Positions 27,897 through 39,227 of a stretch of 59,475 nt of DNA are shown here, in pieces; position 1 is the first letter of the stretch, and every line of letters begins with the position of its first letter. The stretch comes from Scenedesmus sp. PABB004 (lineage: Eukaryota), in NCBI GenBank assembly GCA_014905635.1, contig JABVCE010000019.1, positions 682,001-741,475 on the forward strand, in the 5' to 3' direction. The notes beneath the pieces are model-generated. The model worked only from the letters and a program-made list of their open reading frames with translations. It was not told the DNA's origin and did no database searches. A program made the position numbers and the translations under genes.

Positions 27897-30231
27897 TCAG
27901 CCCGCGCAGTCCAGCAGCGGCGCGACAGCCTCCGACCCGCCGCCGCTCCCGGCGCTGCCGCCGCGATTCCCGAGGCCGCCGCCGCCGCCGCTGGTGGACT
28001 GCGAGCGCACGAGGTGCTTGGAGCGGCGCGCCTCGGCGTCCCAGTCGAGCTGGGCCACAACCGCCACGAACACGCCGGCCTGCAGGAAGCTGGCGCCCGC
28101 CATCGCGCCCCAGAGCCCCCGCGTGCCCCAGCCCGCCCACAGGCCCGCGGTCGCCGCCGTGGGGAGGCCGATCACCCAGAACACCATGAAGTTGACCCAG
28201 CCGCCCAGCGCCTGCCGCCCGGCGCCGCGGATTGCGCCCGAGAGCACGCTGCCGACCGCGTCGCCCAGCAGGGCCACCAGGAGGCAGGGCAGCGTTGACG
28301 CCACGACGCCCGCAACCTGCCGGCGGCAGGGCAGCAGTCAGCACCCGCGCCACGCGCGCCGCGCCGCCAAACTGGCGCCCCCACACACCCCGCACCTCCG
28401 GGTCGGACGTGAAGACCGCGGCGACGCGCCCCGGCAGGCACCACATCGGCGCCGTGGCCGCCACCGTCGCGGCCAGGCCAAGCACCGTGCCCACGACCAC
28501 CGCGCGCCGCGCGGCGTCCGGCCGGCCCGCGCCTGCGCGCGGCGGCGGTTGTGGCGGCGCAGCGGTCCCGTGCGCCCGCGCGCCGGCCGCGCCTCCCCGC
28601 CCGCCGGCGCCGCGGCGGGCCGCGCCGCGCACCCAGCTCGTTTGAGACGCGGGTGCAGACGGCGGTGGCGATGCCGGCGATGGCCAGGAAGACAACCACG
28701 TGCAGGCCAAAGCACACGCCCATCGCGCCGACCGCGACCTCGGCGTCGGGCAGCAGCCCGGCGAGGAGCGTGAGCGCCTCGAACGCCCACCTGGGGGGAG
28801 GCAGCGGGACAGGGGGCAGGGGTCGCAGCGGCGGGCCGCGGCGGGGCCCCTGGGGCGCGGTGGCGGGCGCCGCCGCCCGCCTGGGCGCGTACGCGAGACG
28901 TGGCCTCGCGGTGCGGCCCCGCCCCCGCCCGGCCCTCGGCCCTAACCCCGCCGGCCTCACCAATCGAGGACCATCATGGCCATGCACGGCAGTGCGAGCG
29001 CAAGGTACGGCCCCCACCCCGCCAGCGCGCTCGCCGGCGACAGCCCCGCCCAAGGCTTCAGCCCCGGCGGCTGCCTGCGCGCGGCCGCGGCGGCGCGTCC
29101 GCGGGGGCGCCGAGCGCCGCCGGCGCACGGCGGGGCCCGAGCCCCAAGGCCGCGCCCCGCTGCTCACCGCGCGTTGTGCCACGCCACGACCGCCACCAGC
29201 AGCACCAGCTCGGCGGCCTGCAGGCCGACGAGGCTCGCGCCCGCGCCGGTCGCGCCCCAGCCGGCGCGGCGGATGAAGGCGTCGTTCAGCGCCGGCGTGA
29301 GGGCCGTGGTCACGCCGCTCACGAGCACCAGCGGGCGCAGCACGCGCTGCGCGGACAGATAGTCAGACAGGCTGCGCGGTGGGAGAATTCAGGGGAAGGG
29401 GAGGGAGGGAGGGGCGCGCGTGTTGGGGTGTGTGGGTGGGCGTGGGTGTGCGTGCGAGCTCGGGGGCCTGCGCCCGCGCTGCGAGCGAGCGGCCGGGCGC
29501 GGCAGGGGCCCGCGGCGCCGCGCCTGTAGTTGAGCGCCGACAGCAGCAGCGCGGGCGCAGCCGTGTGGATGTACGCCGCCGCGCCGCGCGATATCACGTC
29601 AGGCTGCCCTGCGCAGCAGCCGCGCCCGCGTTTGCGGGCGGCCGGGCGCGTGCGCCGCCGGCGGCGCGGCGGCAGCGCGCTGCAAGGCAGACGGGCCAGG
29701 CCGCGCACCCAGCAGGTGCAGCAGGCGCGCCGCCTGGCTCCACGCGGCGAGCGGGAGCAGCGAGACCGCGAGCCCGACCGCCGCGCCGCGCTGCAGAATG
29801 ACGCCCTTCAGCGCCGCCTCGCTCGCGCCGTCCGCGTGGCCGACGAGCGTGGCGATGGCGCTGCACACACCCACCACGCTGCGCAGCGCGGTCGCGGGCG
29901 GGCGCGGGCGCGCGTGGGGACCGGCGGCGAGCGTCGGCGCGGCGGCGCGCACAGCGCGCACGGCGCGTGGTGGCGCTGCTCACATGGAGAGGCCGGTGAT
30001 GTTGTACAGCGTCTGTCCGAGCGACAGCGCCGACAGCGCGGTGCCGCTCAGCCGGCCGACCTGCGCCGTCGTGATGAGCCGCGCGCAGAACGCGAGCACC
30101 CCCGTGGCCGAGCTCGGCAGCGCCAGGCGCAGCAGCCGGCGTGCCTCCGCGAGCGCCTCGCTGGGGTGGCTGTTCGCGCGCGCCGACAGCAGCGGCTCCG
30201 ACGCCGCCAGCGGCCCCGCCTCCGCCTCCAT
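27897..30231 (-). CDS. Eukaryotic MATE (DTX-like) efflux transporter (multi-exon)
   Basis: RLLRLALP, VGRLSGTALSALSLG, GVILQR, ALPCMAMMVLDW-WAFEALTLLAGLLP, TRVSNELG-AGRP, LSGAIRGAGRQALG, GLWGAM, LDWDAEA. Confidence 0.93.
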
Positions 30232-30645
30232 GGCCGCTGGCGTGCCCGCCGCCGCCTCCGCAGCGGGCGCTGCCTGCCGCTCGGTGGACGGTCGGCCGTC
30301 GGCCACGCGAGCGAGCCGCGACGGTGTGATGCGGCCTGCGCGCTGGAGCGGGCGTCGCGCTGCCGCTGCTGCCGCCGCCGCTGCCGGCGCCGCGTGTGGA
30401 GCTTTTCTGCCTGGTGCGCGGATCCAGCGCGAGCGGTGGAGGGCTAGCTTTGTCACAACAACAACGGGCTGCGCGGCGGCCGCTCACGCCGCCGCGGTTC
30501 GGGTCACTCCGCAACCGAGTCTACCGAGTTCCTGCCCGCGCGCCACACCGGTGCGGCCGCCGTCCCAAACCACCATCCCATCGAGCGCAATGCACGCTGT
30601 ACAAGCACACTGATCAGTTCAAAAGGTCAACAGGTCAACGTCCGT

Positions 30646-33600
30646 TCAGCCCTCCATCGAGTCGTCCTCCTCGTCCTCGTCGAGCGCCGCCGAGCCAAAG
30701 GGGTCGAGCTGCCCCCTCAGCGCGCCGACCAGCCCCGCGCCCGGCCCGCCCGCGGGCAGCGGCTTGGCCTCGACCGCGTACGCGAGCCCGTCGCCGCCGG
30801 GGGCGACGTCGGCGGTGACGGTGCTGCTGTCGGGGAGCTCGCCCGCCACGATCATGCGGGAGAGGTCGGTGATGACGTTGTGCTCCAGCCAGCGCCGCAG
30901 CGGGCGCGCGCCGTAGGCGGGGTCGTAGCTCGCGGCCGCGGCGTACGCGAGCGCGGCGGGCGTGAGGGCGAGGGTGATGTTCTTGGGCGCAAGCCGCGCG
31001 TTGAGCTCGGCCGCCTGCAGCGCGGCGACGCCCGTCAGCTGCGTGGGGGTGAGCGGGTCAAAGACCACGATGTCGTCCAGCCTGGCGGATGGGTGGGCGG
31101 TGGTGGGAGGGGACGGAGGTGTCAGTGAGCGCACGTGTGCAGGGAGCGCGGGCGAGGCGGGGCCCCAGCGGCGCCGGCGGCGGCGCGCGCGCGTGCGTGC
31201 GCCACGCCCCCCGCTCCCCCCCCATGCGCCGCGCCCCCGTGCGCCCCCACGTCACACACCGGTTGAGGAACTCGGGCCTGAAGAAGCGCCGCGCCGCGGC
31301 CAACACCGCCTCCTTGGCCGCGCCCATGCCGAGCGGGCTGGGCGGCGCCGAGTCGAGCGGGCTCGTCGGCCGCGCCGCCGCGGCGGCCTGCAGCAGCGCC
31401 TCGCTCCCCAGGTTGCTGGTGAGGATGACCACGGTGTTGGCAAAGCTCACCGTGCGGCCCTGCGGGCGCGCGGGGCGGGGCGCAGGGCGGCGGCGCGTGG
31501 GCGCGAGGGCCGCGCGGCGGCGGCGGCGGCGCGCGCCGGGCTGCAGGCTGCCGCGCCGCGCCGCTCCAGCGCGGGCGCGTGCGCGGTGGTGTCCGCGCCG
31601 CGACTGCAGCCCACCTTGCCGTCGGTGAGGCGGCCGTCGTCGAGCAGACCCAGAAGGACGTTGAAGACCTCAGCGTGGGCCTTCTCCACCTCGTCAAACA
31701 GCACCACGCTGTACGGCCGCCGCCGCACCGCCTCGGTCAGCTGCCCGCCCTCGTCGTGCCCCACGTACCCCGGCGGCGCGCCGATGAGCCGGCTCACGCT
31801 GTGCTTCTCCTGCGCGCGGGCGCGGGCGCGCGGGCGGCAGGCGCGCGGGCGGCGTGGGCGGGCGGCGGTCAGCGGGCGGCAGGGGCGCGCCCGCGCCCGC
31901 GCGCCGCCCGCGCCCGGGCCGCGGCTCGCGCTTCCCGGGCCGCCCTGGGCCCCAGCTCCTTGAGCAGCCCCTGGGCCCCTCCGCCCCTAAACTGAACCCT
32001 AAACCCTAAACCCTCGGCGGGGCCCCGCACCATGTACTCGCCCATGTCGATGCGGACCATCATCTTCTCATCGTCAAACAGCAGGCTCGCCAGCGCCTGG
32101 CCGGCACACACACACACACACGGCGCGCACGCGGGCGGGCGGGCAAGCGGCGCGGCGGGGGCACGGGGTGAGGCAGCTTGAGGCGGGGGCGCCCGCGCCC
32201 GGCGCCCGGCGCCCGGCGCCCGGCGCCGCGCTGCTGTGCGCAGCGCGCGGAGCCCCAGCCGGCCCCGCCCCGCGTGTCGCGCCGCGCACCTTGGCAAGCT
32301 CGGTCTTGCCGACGCCGGTGGGGCCGAGGAAGAGGAAGGACGACCCGCGGCTGCGCGACGCGAGGCCCGCGCGGCTGCGCATGACCGCCGCCGCGACGGC
32401 GTCGACGGCGCTGTCCTGGCCGACGACGCGCGCGTGCAGCGCGTCGCGCAGGTGCAGCAGCTTCTCGCGCTCCGTCTGCTGCAGCTTGGACACCGGGATG
32501 CCTGCACGGAGGCGGGCGCGAGTGTGTGTGTGAGCAGGGGGGAGGGAGGGAGCAGGGAGGCTGCAGCGCCGCCAGCGGCCGCCCGCCCGCCGGCGCCGGC
32601 GCCCGCGCGCGCGTGTCAGCCGCCGCCGCCGCCGCGCCCTCACCCGTCCACTTGGCCACCACGCCCGCGATCTCCTCCGGCCCCACCTCCTCCACCAGCA
32701 TCGCCTCGCCCGGGCGGGGCCCGCCCGCGCGCAGCTTCTTGAGCGTCTCGTCCACCTCCAGCAGGCTGCCGTACTTTATGTCGGCGATGCGCGCCAGGTC
32801 CTGCCGCGCCTCCGCCATCTCCAGCGCCACGAGCAGCTCCTGGCGCTTGCCCTACAAGGATGACGCGTGGCGGGGGCGCGGCGGGCGCGGCGCGGCGGCG
32901 CGTCAGCGTGCGCGCGCAGGCGCTGCTCCCAGGCCCCGACGGCTGCAACGACGCCGCGCGCCCCGAGCCCGGCGCGTCCATGTGCCCCGCGGCCTGCGCT
33001 CTGCGCCGCCGCCCCGCGCCGCCGCCGTCCACGCGCACCTGCAGGCGCCGGATGGCGTCCAGGCGCTCCTTCTCGGCCGCATACTTGAGCAGCCGCGGGC
33101 GCAGGCTGTCCTCGAGCGCCGCGAGCTCGGCCTGCACCTCGCCCAGGCGCGCGACGCTGAGCGGGTCCTTCTCCTTCTTCAGCGCCTGCTCCTCAACCTG
33201 CGGGCCAGGAGGGCGTGCGCGCCAGCGAGTCAGGGGCGAGCCAGGGGGCAAGGGCGGGCTGACAGGCCCCGGGCGCGCGCGCCGCGCCGTGCCGCCGCCG
33301 CCGCCGCTGCCGCCGCGCCACTCCCGTGCGCGCACCTGGAGGCGCACGCGCTGGCGCTCGAGCGAGTCGATGTCCTCGGGCTTGCTGTCGAGCTGCACGC
33401 GCACGTTGCTGCAGGCCTCGTCCATGAGGTCGATGGCCTTGTCGGGCAGGAAGCGCGTGGTGATGTACCTGACGGCGCGGGCGCGCGCCGCGCGCGCCGC
33501 CGGCGCGTGAGGCGCTGGCTGCGGGCCCGCGGCACGGCGCGGCACGGCGCGGCGCGGCGCGGCGCGGGCGAGCAGCCCCTCGTCCCTGACCCACCTGTCG

Positions 33601-35488
33601 CTGAGCTCCGCCGCGACGACGAGCGCGCGGTCCTGGATGTGCACGCCGTGGTGGTCCTCGTACTTCTCCTTGAGCCCGCGCAGGATCTGGATCGTGTCAG
33701 GCACGCTCGGCTCGCCCACGTACACCTGCGCGGCCGGTCAGCGCGCGGCCAGCGCGCGCGGCGTCAGCAGCGCGCGGCAGGCCCCGGCGCGCGGCGCGGT
33801 GGCCGCGCGCTGCGCCGCGCGCAGCGTGTCCAGCGCGCAGCGCCGCCGCCGCGGCGCCGCGCGTCACCTGCTGGAAGCGGCGCTCAAACGCGGCGTCCTT
33901 CTCAATGTGCTGCCGGTACTCGCCGAGCGTGGTCGCGCCGATCGTGCGCAGCTCGCCGCGCGCGAGCATGGGCTTGAGCAGGTTGGCCGCGTCCATTGCG
34001 CCGTCGCCGCCCTTGCCCGCGCCGAGCACAAGGTGCAGCTCGTCGATGAACAGAATCACCTTGCCCCGCGCCTCACGCACCTGGGGGGGGTGGTGCAGGG
34101 ACCAGGCGGGAAGGGACCAGGCGGGAGGGCGGGTCAGGCGGGTCAGGCGGGGCGGGCGCGGCGCGGCGCGGCGCACCGCGGCGGCGGACGCCCCAGCCCT
34201 GCTCAGCCCTGCGCCCAAAACCCTGATGCGCCGTCGGTCACCTCTGCCAGCACCGCCTTCAGCCTCTCCTCAAACTCGCCGCGGTACTTGGCCCCCGCGA
34301 CGAGCGCGCCCATGTCGAGCGCGATCAGGCGCACGCCGGACAGGTTGGCGGGGACGTCGTTCTTCACGATGCGCTGCGCCAGGCCCTCCGCGATCGCCGT
34401 CTTGCCCACGCCCGGCTCGCCGACGAGCACCGGGTTGTTCTTGGTGCGCCTGTGTGAGAGAGGGGAGCGGGGCGGGAGCGGGCCGGGGCAGCGGGGCAGC
34501 GGGGTCAGCACGCGCGGGGGCGGCGCGCGGCGGCGGGGTCGGGTCGGCGCGGCGGGGTCGCCGCGGCCCAGCTCATCTCATTCCCTGACCGCCCCGCCGG
34601 CCGCTCGCCCCTCGTCTCCCGCCGCGCTGCGCCGCGCCGCGCCGCGGCGCGCCGCGTGCGTGCGTCCCCTCCCACTCGCTCACCGGCAGAGGATGCGCAC
34701 GACGCGGCGGATCTCCTCGTCCCGCCCGATCACGGGGTCGAGCCTGGCGGCATTGGCCGTCAGGTCGGTGCCGTACTTGGCCAGCGCCTCCCAGTTGCTG
34801 TCGGCGGCGGGCGTGTCGATCTTCTGGTCCTGCGGGCGGCGTGGTGAGGGGGGAAGGGCACGTGAGCGCGCATGAGGGCACGTGAGCGCGTGTGAGGGCA
34901 CGTGAGCGCGTGCGGCGCGTGGGTGTGTGCGGCGCGTGAGCGTGCGGCGCGTGCGCCCCCCTCCCCTCCCCTCCCCTCCCCGCCCCTCCCTCCCCTCCCA
35001 CCCCGCCCCCCGCGCGCCCCCAGGCAGGCAGGCCTCACCTCTGGCCGCGCCTCCTTGAGCGCGTTCTCCAGCGCCTGCCGCGTCAGCCCGCTCTCGCCGA
35101 GCGCGGCGCTCACGTCGGCGTCGGCCAGCAGCGCCTCTGTCAGCGTGTCGACGCCGAGGTAGGCGTCGCCGCGCTTGCGCTGCGCCGCCTGGGCGCGCTT
35201 CAGCGTCGCCGCGAACTCGCGGCCCGCCGAGACCTCGTCCGGCGCGGGCTCGACGCGCGGCAGGCGCACGAGGCGCTTGCGCAGCGTGCGCAGCAGCGAG
35301 CGGTACGGCTCCTCGCCGCCGGCGCGCACCGCCGCCTGGCGCGCGACGCCCTCGGGGTCCTCAAACAGCGCGACGGCGAGGTGGAGCGGCGTGAGCTGCG
35401 CGTGCTGGCCCTCCTGCGCCAGCTCCACCGCCGCCTGGATCGCCGCCTCGACCTTGGCCGTCAGCTTGGGCGCGCCTGCCAGACCCAT
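30646..35488 (-). CDS. HSP101: Cytosolic HSP101/ClpB disaggregase (multi-exon)
   Basis: Clp N-domain with no transit peptide. [52 protein letters not shown], coiled-coil middle domain, [27 protein letters not shown], and an acidic C-terminal tail. Confidence 0.95.
31985..32014. repeat. Interstitial telomeric-like repeat (CCCTAAA x3, interrupted) in an HSP101 intron
   Basis: CCCTAAActgaaCCCTAAACCCTAAACCCT, the complement of this chromosome's TTTAGGG telomere unit. Confidence 0.8.
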
Positions 35489-35767
35489 GGTGCGCGTCCT
35501 GGTGCTGCTGGGTGCCGGTGGTTGCTGGTGTCCTGCTGGTGTGCCCGCTGAGTGCTGGGTGCTGGGTGCTGAGTGCTGGGTTGCTGGGGTGCCCTGCTGG
35601 GCCCCGCTGAGTGCTGGGTGCTCTCTGCTGCTGCTGCTCGTTGCTCGCTCTGCTCGCAGGGGGGGCTGTGCGTGCGTGTCGCGCTGGGGCGCGTCTCAGA
35701 GCTGTGGTCCACACGAAGGCGGAGGCCCGCTTCAAGGCCCGCGCGCGCGCGGTGCCAGTGCCGGGCG

Positions 35768-35797
35768 CGAGGCTTCTGGATTGTCCGCGACGACTCT
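35768..35797. promoter_or_regulatory. Putative degenerate heat-shock element upstream of HSP101
   Basis: GAG-gc-TTC-tg-GAT-tg-TCC-gc-GAC-ga-CTC gives six alternating nGAAn/nTTCn-like pentamers about 280-310 bp upstream of the ATG. Only one is perfect. Confidence 0.45.
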
Positions 35798-36516
35798 CGG
35801 CGCGCCTCGAGCACGTGATCGCGCCGCGCTGCGGCTGTGCCTGTGATCGGGCGCGGGGAGCGCCATCGGCGCCCGGCCTGCTGCCCTGCGACGCAGGTTC
35901 AGCGGCGGCGGTCATCCGCCGCGACGGCGACGACCGCCGCCGCGCCGGCCCCTCCGGACTGCGGTTGGGTTACAGGCGCTGTGTGCGCGCCAAAGCGAAT
36001 CCAACAGGGGGCGCCGCGCAGCGCCCGGAAGTGCCGCAGTGCCGCCTCCCGCATGCGCAAGAGCAACGCGGCGCGCTGCGCAGGGACGGCAGCGCCGGCG
36101 CGCGTGCACGCGCAGCCAACCAACATCCCCCCCCACGTGCCGCCGCCCCGCAGCGCGCGCCGCAATGCGCGGCGCCCCTGCCCGCGGGGGCGCCTCGCGC
36201 GCCGCCTGGGCCTAATGATACACTGCCGCCGTAGTGCCCTGCAGCCGGCGAGTCGGCCGGCAGCGTGACGCCGCCGCTGCCGCGACTGCCGCGCCTCGCG
36301 CACCCGTGAGGCCCGCCCGGCGCGCGCGGCTGCCGCTGCAGCCGCCGCGGCCGGGCGCGGCCCCGTCGCCGCCGCCGCCGCCGCCGCCGCGGCGTCGGCC
36401 GCCGTGCGCGGCTGCTGCGCGCCGGCGTCGCCGCCGCTGCCGCCGCCGCTGCTGCCGCTGCAGCTGCTCCCCCCGCCGCCGCGCGAGGCGGCTGCGGGGG
36501 CTGCAGGGGGGCGGGG

Positions 36517-36621
36517 TCAGTCGAGGGTGATGACGTTTGAGATGAACGACTGCCCCGTGGTGGCCTCGAGCAGCAGGATGACGATGATGGCGACCATCGC
36601 GATGCGGCCTGGCAGCCGCCA

Positions 36622-36652
<31 letters not shown>

Positions 36653-38854
36653 GGGGGCGGCGCGGGGGCGGCGCGGGCGGGGAGGCGAGGGCGGCGTGGG
36701 CCGCGCGCGCAGGGCTGCAGGCTGGGCGGCGGCAGGCCGCAGGGCGCGGAGCGCGGGGGCGGCCCGGGGCGCGCCCACGGCAGCCTGCGCACCGTTCCAC
36801 GTCTCCGCGCTCTTGGTCCAGCCCCACGACCACGGCTCGACCGGCGCCGGCAGCGTGCGGCGCTCGCGGTCGTACGCGCCGAGCAGCGTGTCGAGGTCGC
36901 CTGGCGGCGCGCGGGGCGCGGGCGGGCGGCATCAGAGGCCCGTCGGCGCGCGAGCGGGGCCAGCTCTGGCCGCTGCGCGGCGGCGCGTTAGGGTTAGGCT
37001 GCGCGGCGGCTGCGCGGCGGCGCGGCGCAACCGCGGCGGCGGCGCGGCGCTGGCTCACCCATGGGCACGAGCGCGTCGCTGGGCGCGCCGGCGATAACGC
37101 CGACGTAGGGCAGCGCCTCGACCACCGCGTCGGCGAGGTCCTCGATGAACCTGGGGGGGGGGGGCGTCAGGGCTGGCCCGCAGCCACACGGCGAGCCCCC
37201 CGCGCGCCCGTCACAGCTGCGCCAGCGGCCGCGCCGGCAGGTGTGCGGCGCACCGCGGGTTGGTGTTGAGCGCGGGCACGCGGCCCCAGTGCTTGACGCC
37301 GCTCTCGAGCGCGAGCTCGCGGTACTCCATGTCAATCTCCTCCAGCGTCTCGATGTGCTCACTCACAAAGCTGATCGGCACCGCCAGCAGGCTGCGCACG
37401 CCCGACGCGCCCAGCTGCCTGCGCGCGCGCGCGGAGACAGGCGCAGCGGCGGCGAGACGGGAGGTCAGCCCCTGGCCGCCGCAGCGCGCCGGACAGGGCG
37501 GCGTCGTGGCGGCGCGCACGGGCGGGCGGCGTCGCGGCGGGGGGCGCACCGTATGCTGTCGTCGGTGTAGGGCTGCAGCCACTCCACCGGGCCGACGCGG
37601 GACTGGTACGCGAGCGTGTGGGCGTTGCCCCGCCCGCGCACGGCGAGCTCTGCCATGATGAGCCCCACGCACTCCTCCATCTCCTCCTTGTACGGGTCGC
37701 CCGCCTCTTCCACGTAGCTCTTGGGCACGCCGTGCGCGCTGAAGAACACGTTGACCTGACCCGCGCACGCGGCGCGGCAGGCGGGGGCCGCGTGGGCGGG
37801 GGCGCCGCGGCGCTGCGCGCTGCGCGCTGCCCGCTGCGGCGGCGCGCTGCGCGCTGCGCTGCCACGCAGCCATGGCTGGCCGCGTCGCCGGCGGCTGCTG
37901 TGCGGCGCGCGCCCGGGTGCGGTGCGCACCTCGGCTGGGTCGCTGAACTTGTCGAGCTCCGCCTCGATGAGGTCGACCATCGCGCCGACGTAGCCGGGGC
38001 GCTGGTACCAGCTGGGGATGACGGTGTGCCGCAGGTTGCTCAGCACGGGGTCGCTCTTGAACAGCGCCTCGAGCAGGCGCAGGCTGCTGCCGCTGGTGGA
38101 GATGCTGAACTGGGGGTAGAGCGGGAGGATGACCAGGTTGCTGATGCCGTCGCGCACGACGTGCTGCAGCGCCTCCTCCGTGTAGGGGTGCCAGTAGCGC
38201 ATCGCCACGTACACCTCCGCGTCGAGGCCGCGGGACCTCAGGGCCGCGGCCAGCGCGGCGGCCTGCTCGTCCGTGATGCGGCGCAGCGGGGAGCCGCCCC
38301 CGATGGCCGCGTACCCCTCGCTGCTCTTGGGGCTGCGCAGCGTCGCGATCACGCTCGCCAGCGCGGGCTGCAGGAACTTGAGCGCGGAGGGCAACCGGAT
38401 GATGTCGGGGTCGGCGAAGAGGTTGTACAGGAAGGGCTTCACATCGGCCAGCGACTCGGGGCCCCCCAGGTTGAGCAGCAGCACGCCATTCTTGGCCGCC
38501 GCCGGCGACGACGCCGGCGGCTGCGGCGACGGCCCGCTGGCCGCGGCCTGGGGGGCCGGCGCGGCGCTGAGCGCGCGGCAGACGCCCCGCTGCTGCCGCC
38601 GGGCGCGCGCCTGCTGCTGCGGGCGCAGCGACGGCAGGGCCGCCTGCCGCGCCGGCTGGGGCCTGCGGCGAGAGGTCGGGGCGGCGGGTGAGCGGCGCCA
38701 CGGCGCGCCATGCGGCCGGGGCGGGGCGCGGCGCGCACCTGGGAGAGCAGTGGCTCTGCGCGCCTTGGCCGCCCGCCTCGAGCCGCCCGCTGCTGCTGGC
38801 CCCCGCCGAGCTGGCGGCGCGGGCCCCCGAACCCAACGCCGCGCTCCCCCACAT
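36517..38854 (-). CDS. hemH: Plastid ferrochelatase with C-terminal CAB domain (multi-exon)
   Basis: [86 protein letters not shown]-terminal [16 protein letters not shown] is the ExxNGRxAM CAB motif. Confidence 0.95.
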
Positions 38855-39227
38855 CGGGACGCCGCGCGACAGCGAGGGCGCGCGTGCTGTCCAGGCGCTG
38901 TCTGCTGCTGCGCTCGGTGCGTGCGCGGGCGTCTGGGGCGCGTCGACAGAGCACCTGGCGCGTCGGGAGGGCCGTGCGAATGGTGCGGGGGCGGCCGGGG
39001 CGCGCGGGAGGCCGCGACAGGCCCACCTCCAAACCTCGCGCGCCTGTCCAGCTCGTCCAGCGGCGCATGCTGCAGGCAGGTCCCACCAAGGGCGCAGCTG
39101 CACAGGCAGCACGCTCCGGCGTCGAAGCAGGCAGCGGCGCGGCGGCCAGCGCGCGGCGACAGCGGACGCGCGCGCGAGAGCAGCCCGCCGCCGCCCGCCC
39201 CGCCGCCGGCCCGCCAGCCCGGCCGCC

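Noticed and set aside
36517..36830. CAB domain on ferrochelatase as a novel fusion
   Set aside because: This is a well-known feature of cyanobacterial, algal and plant FC2-type enzymes.
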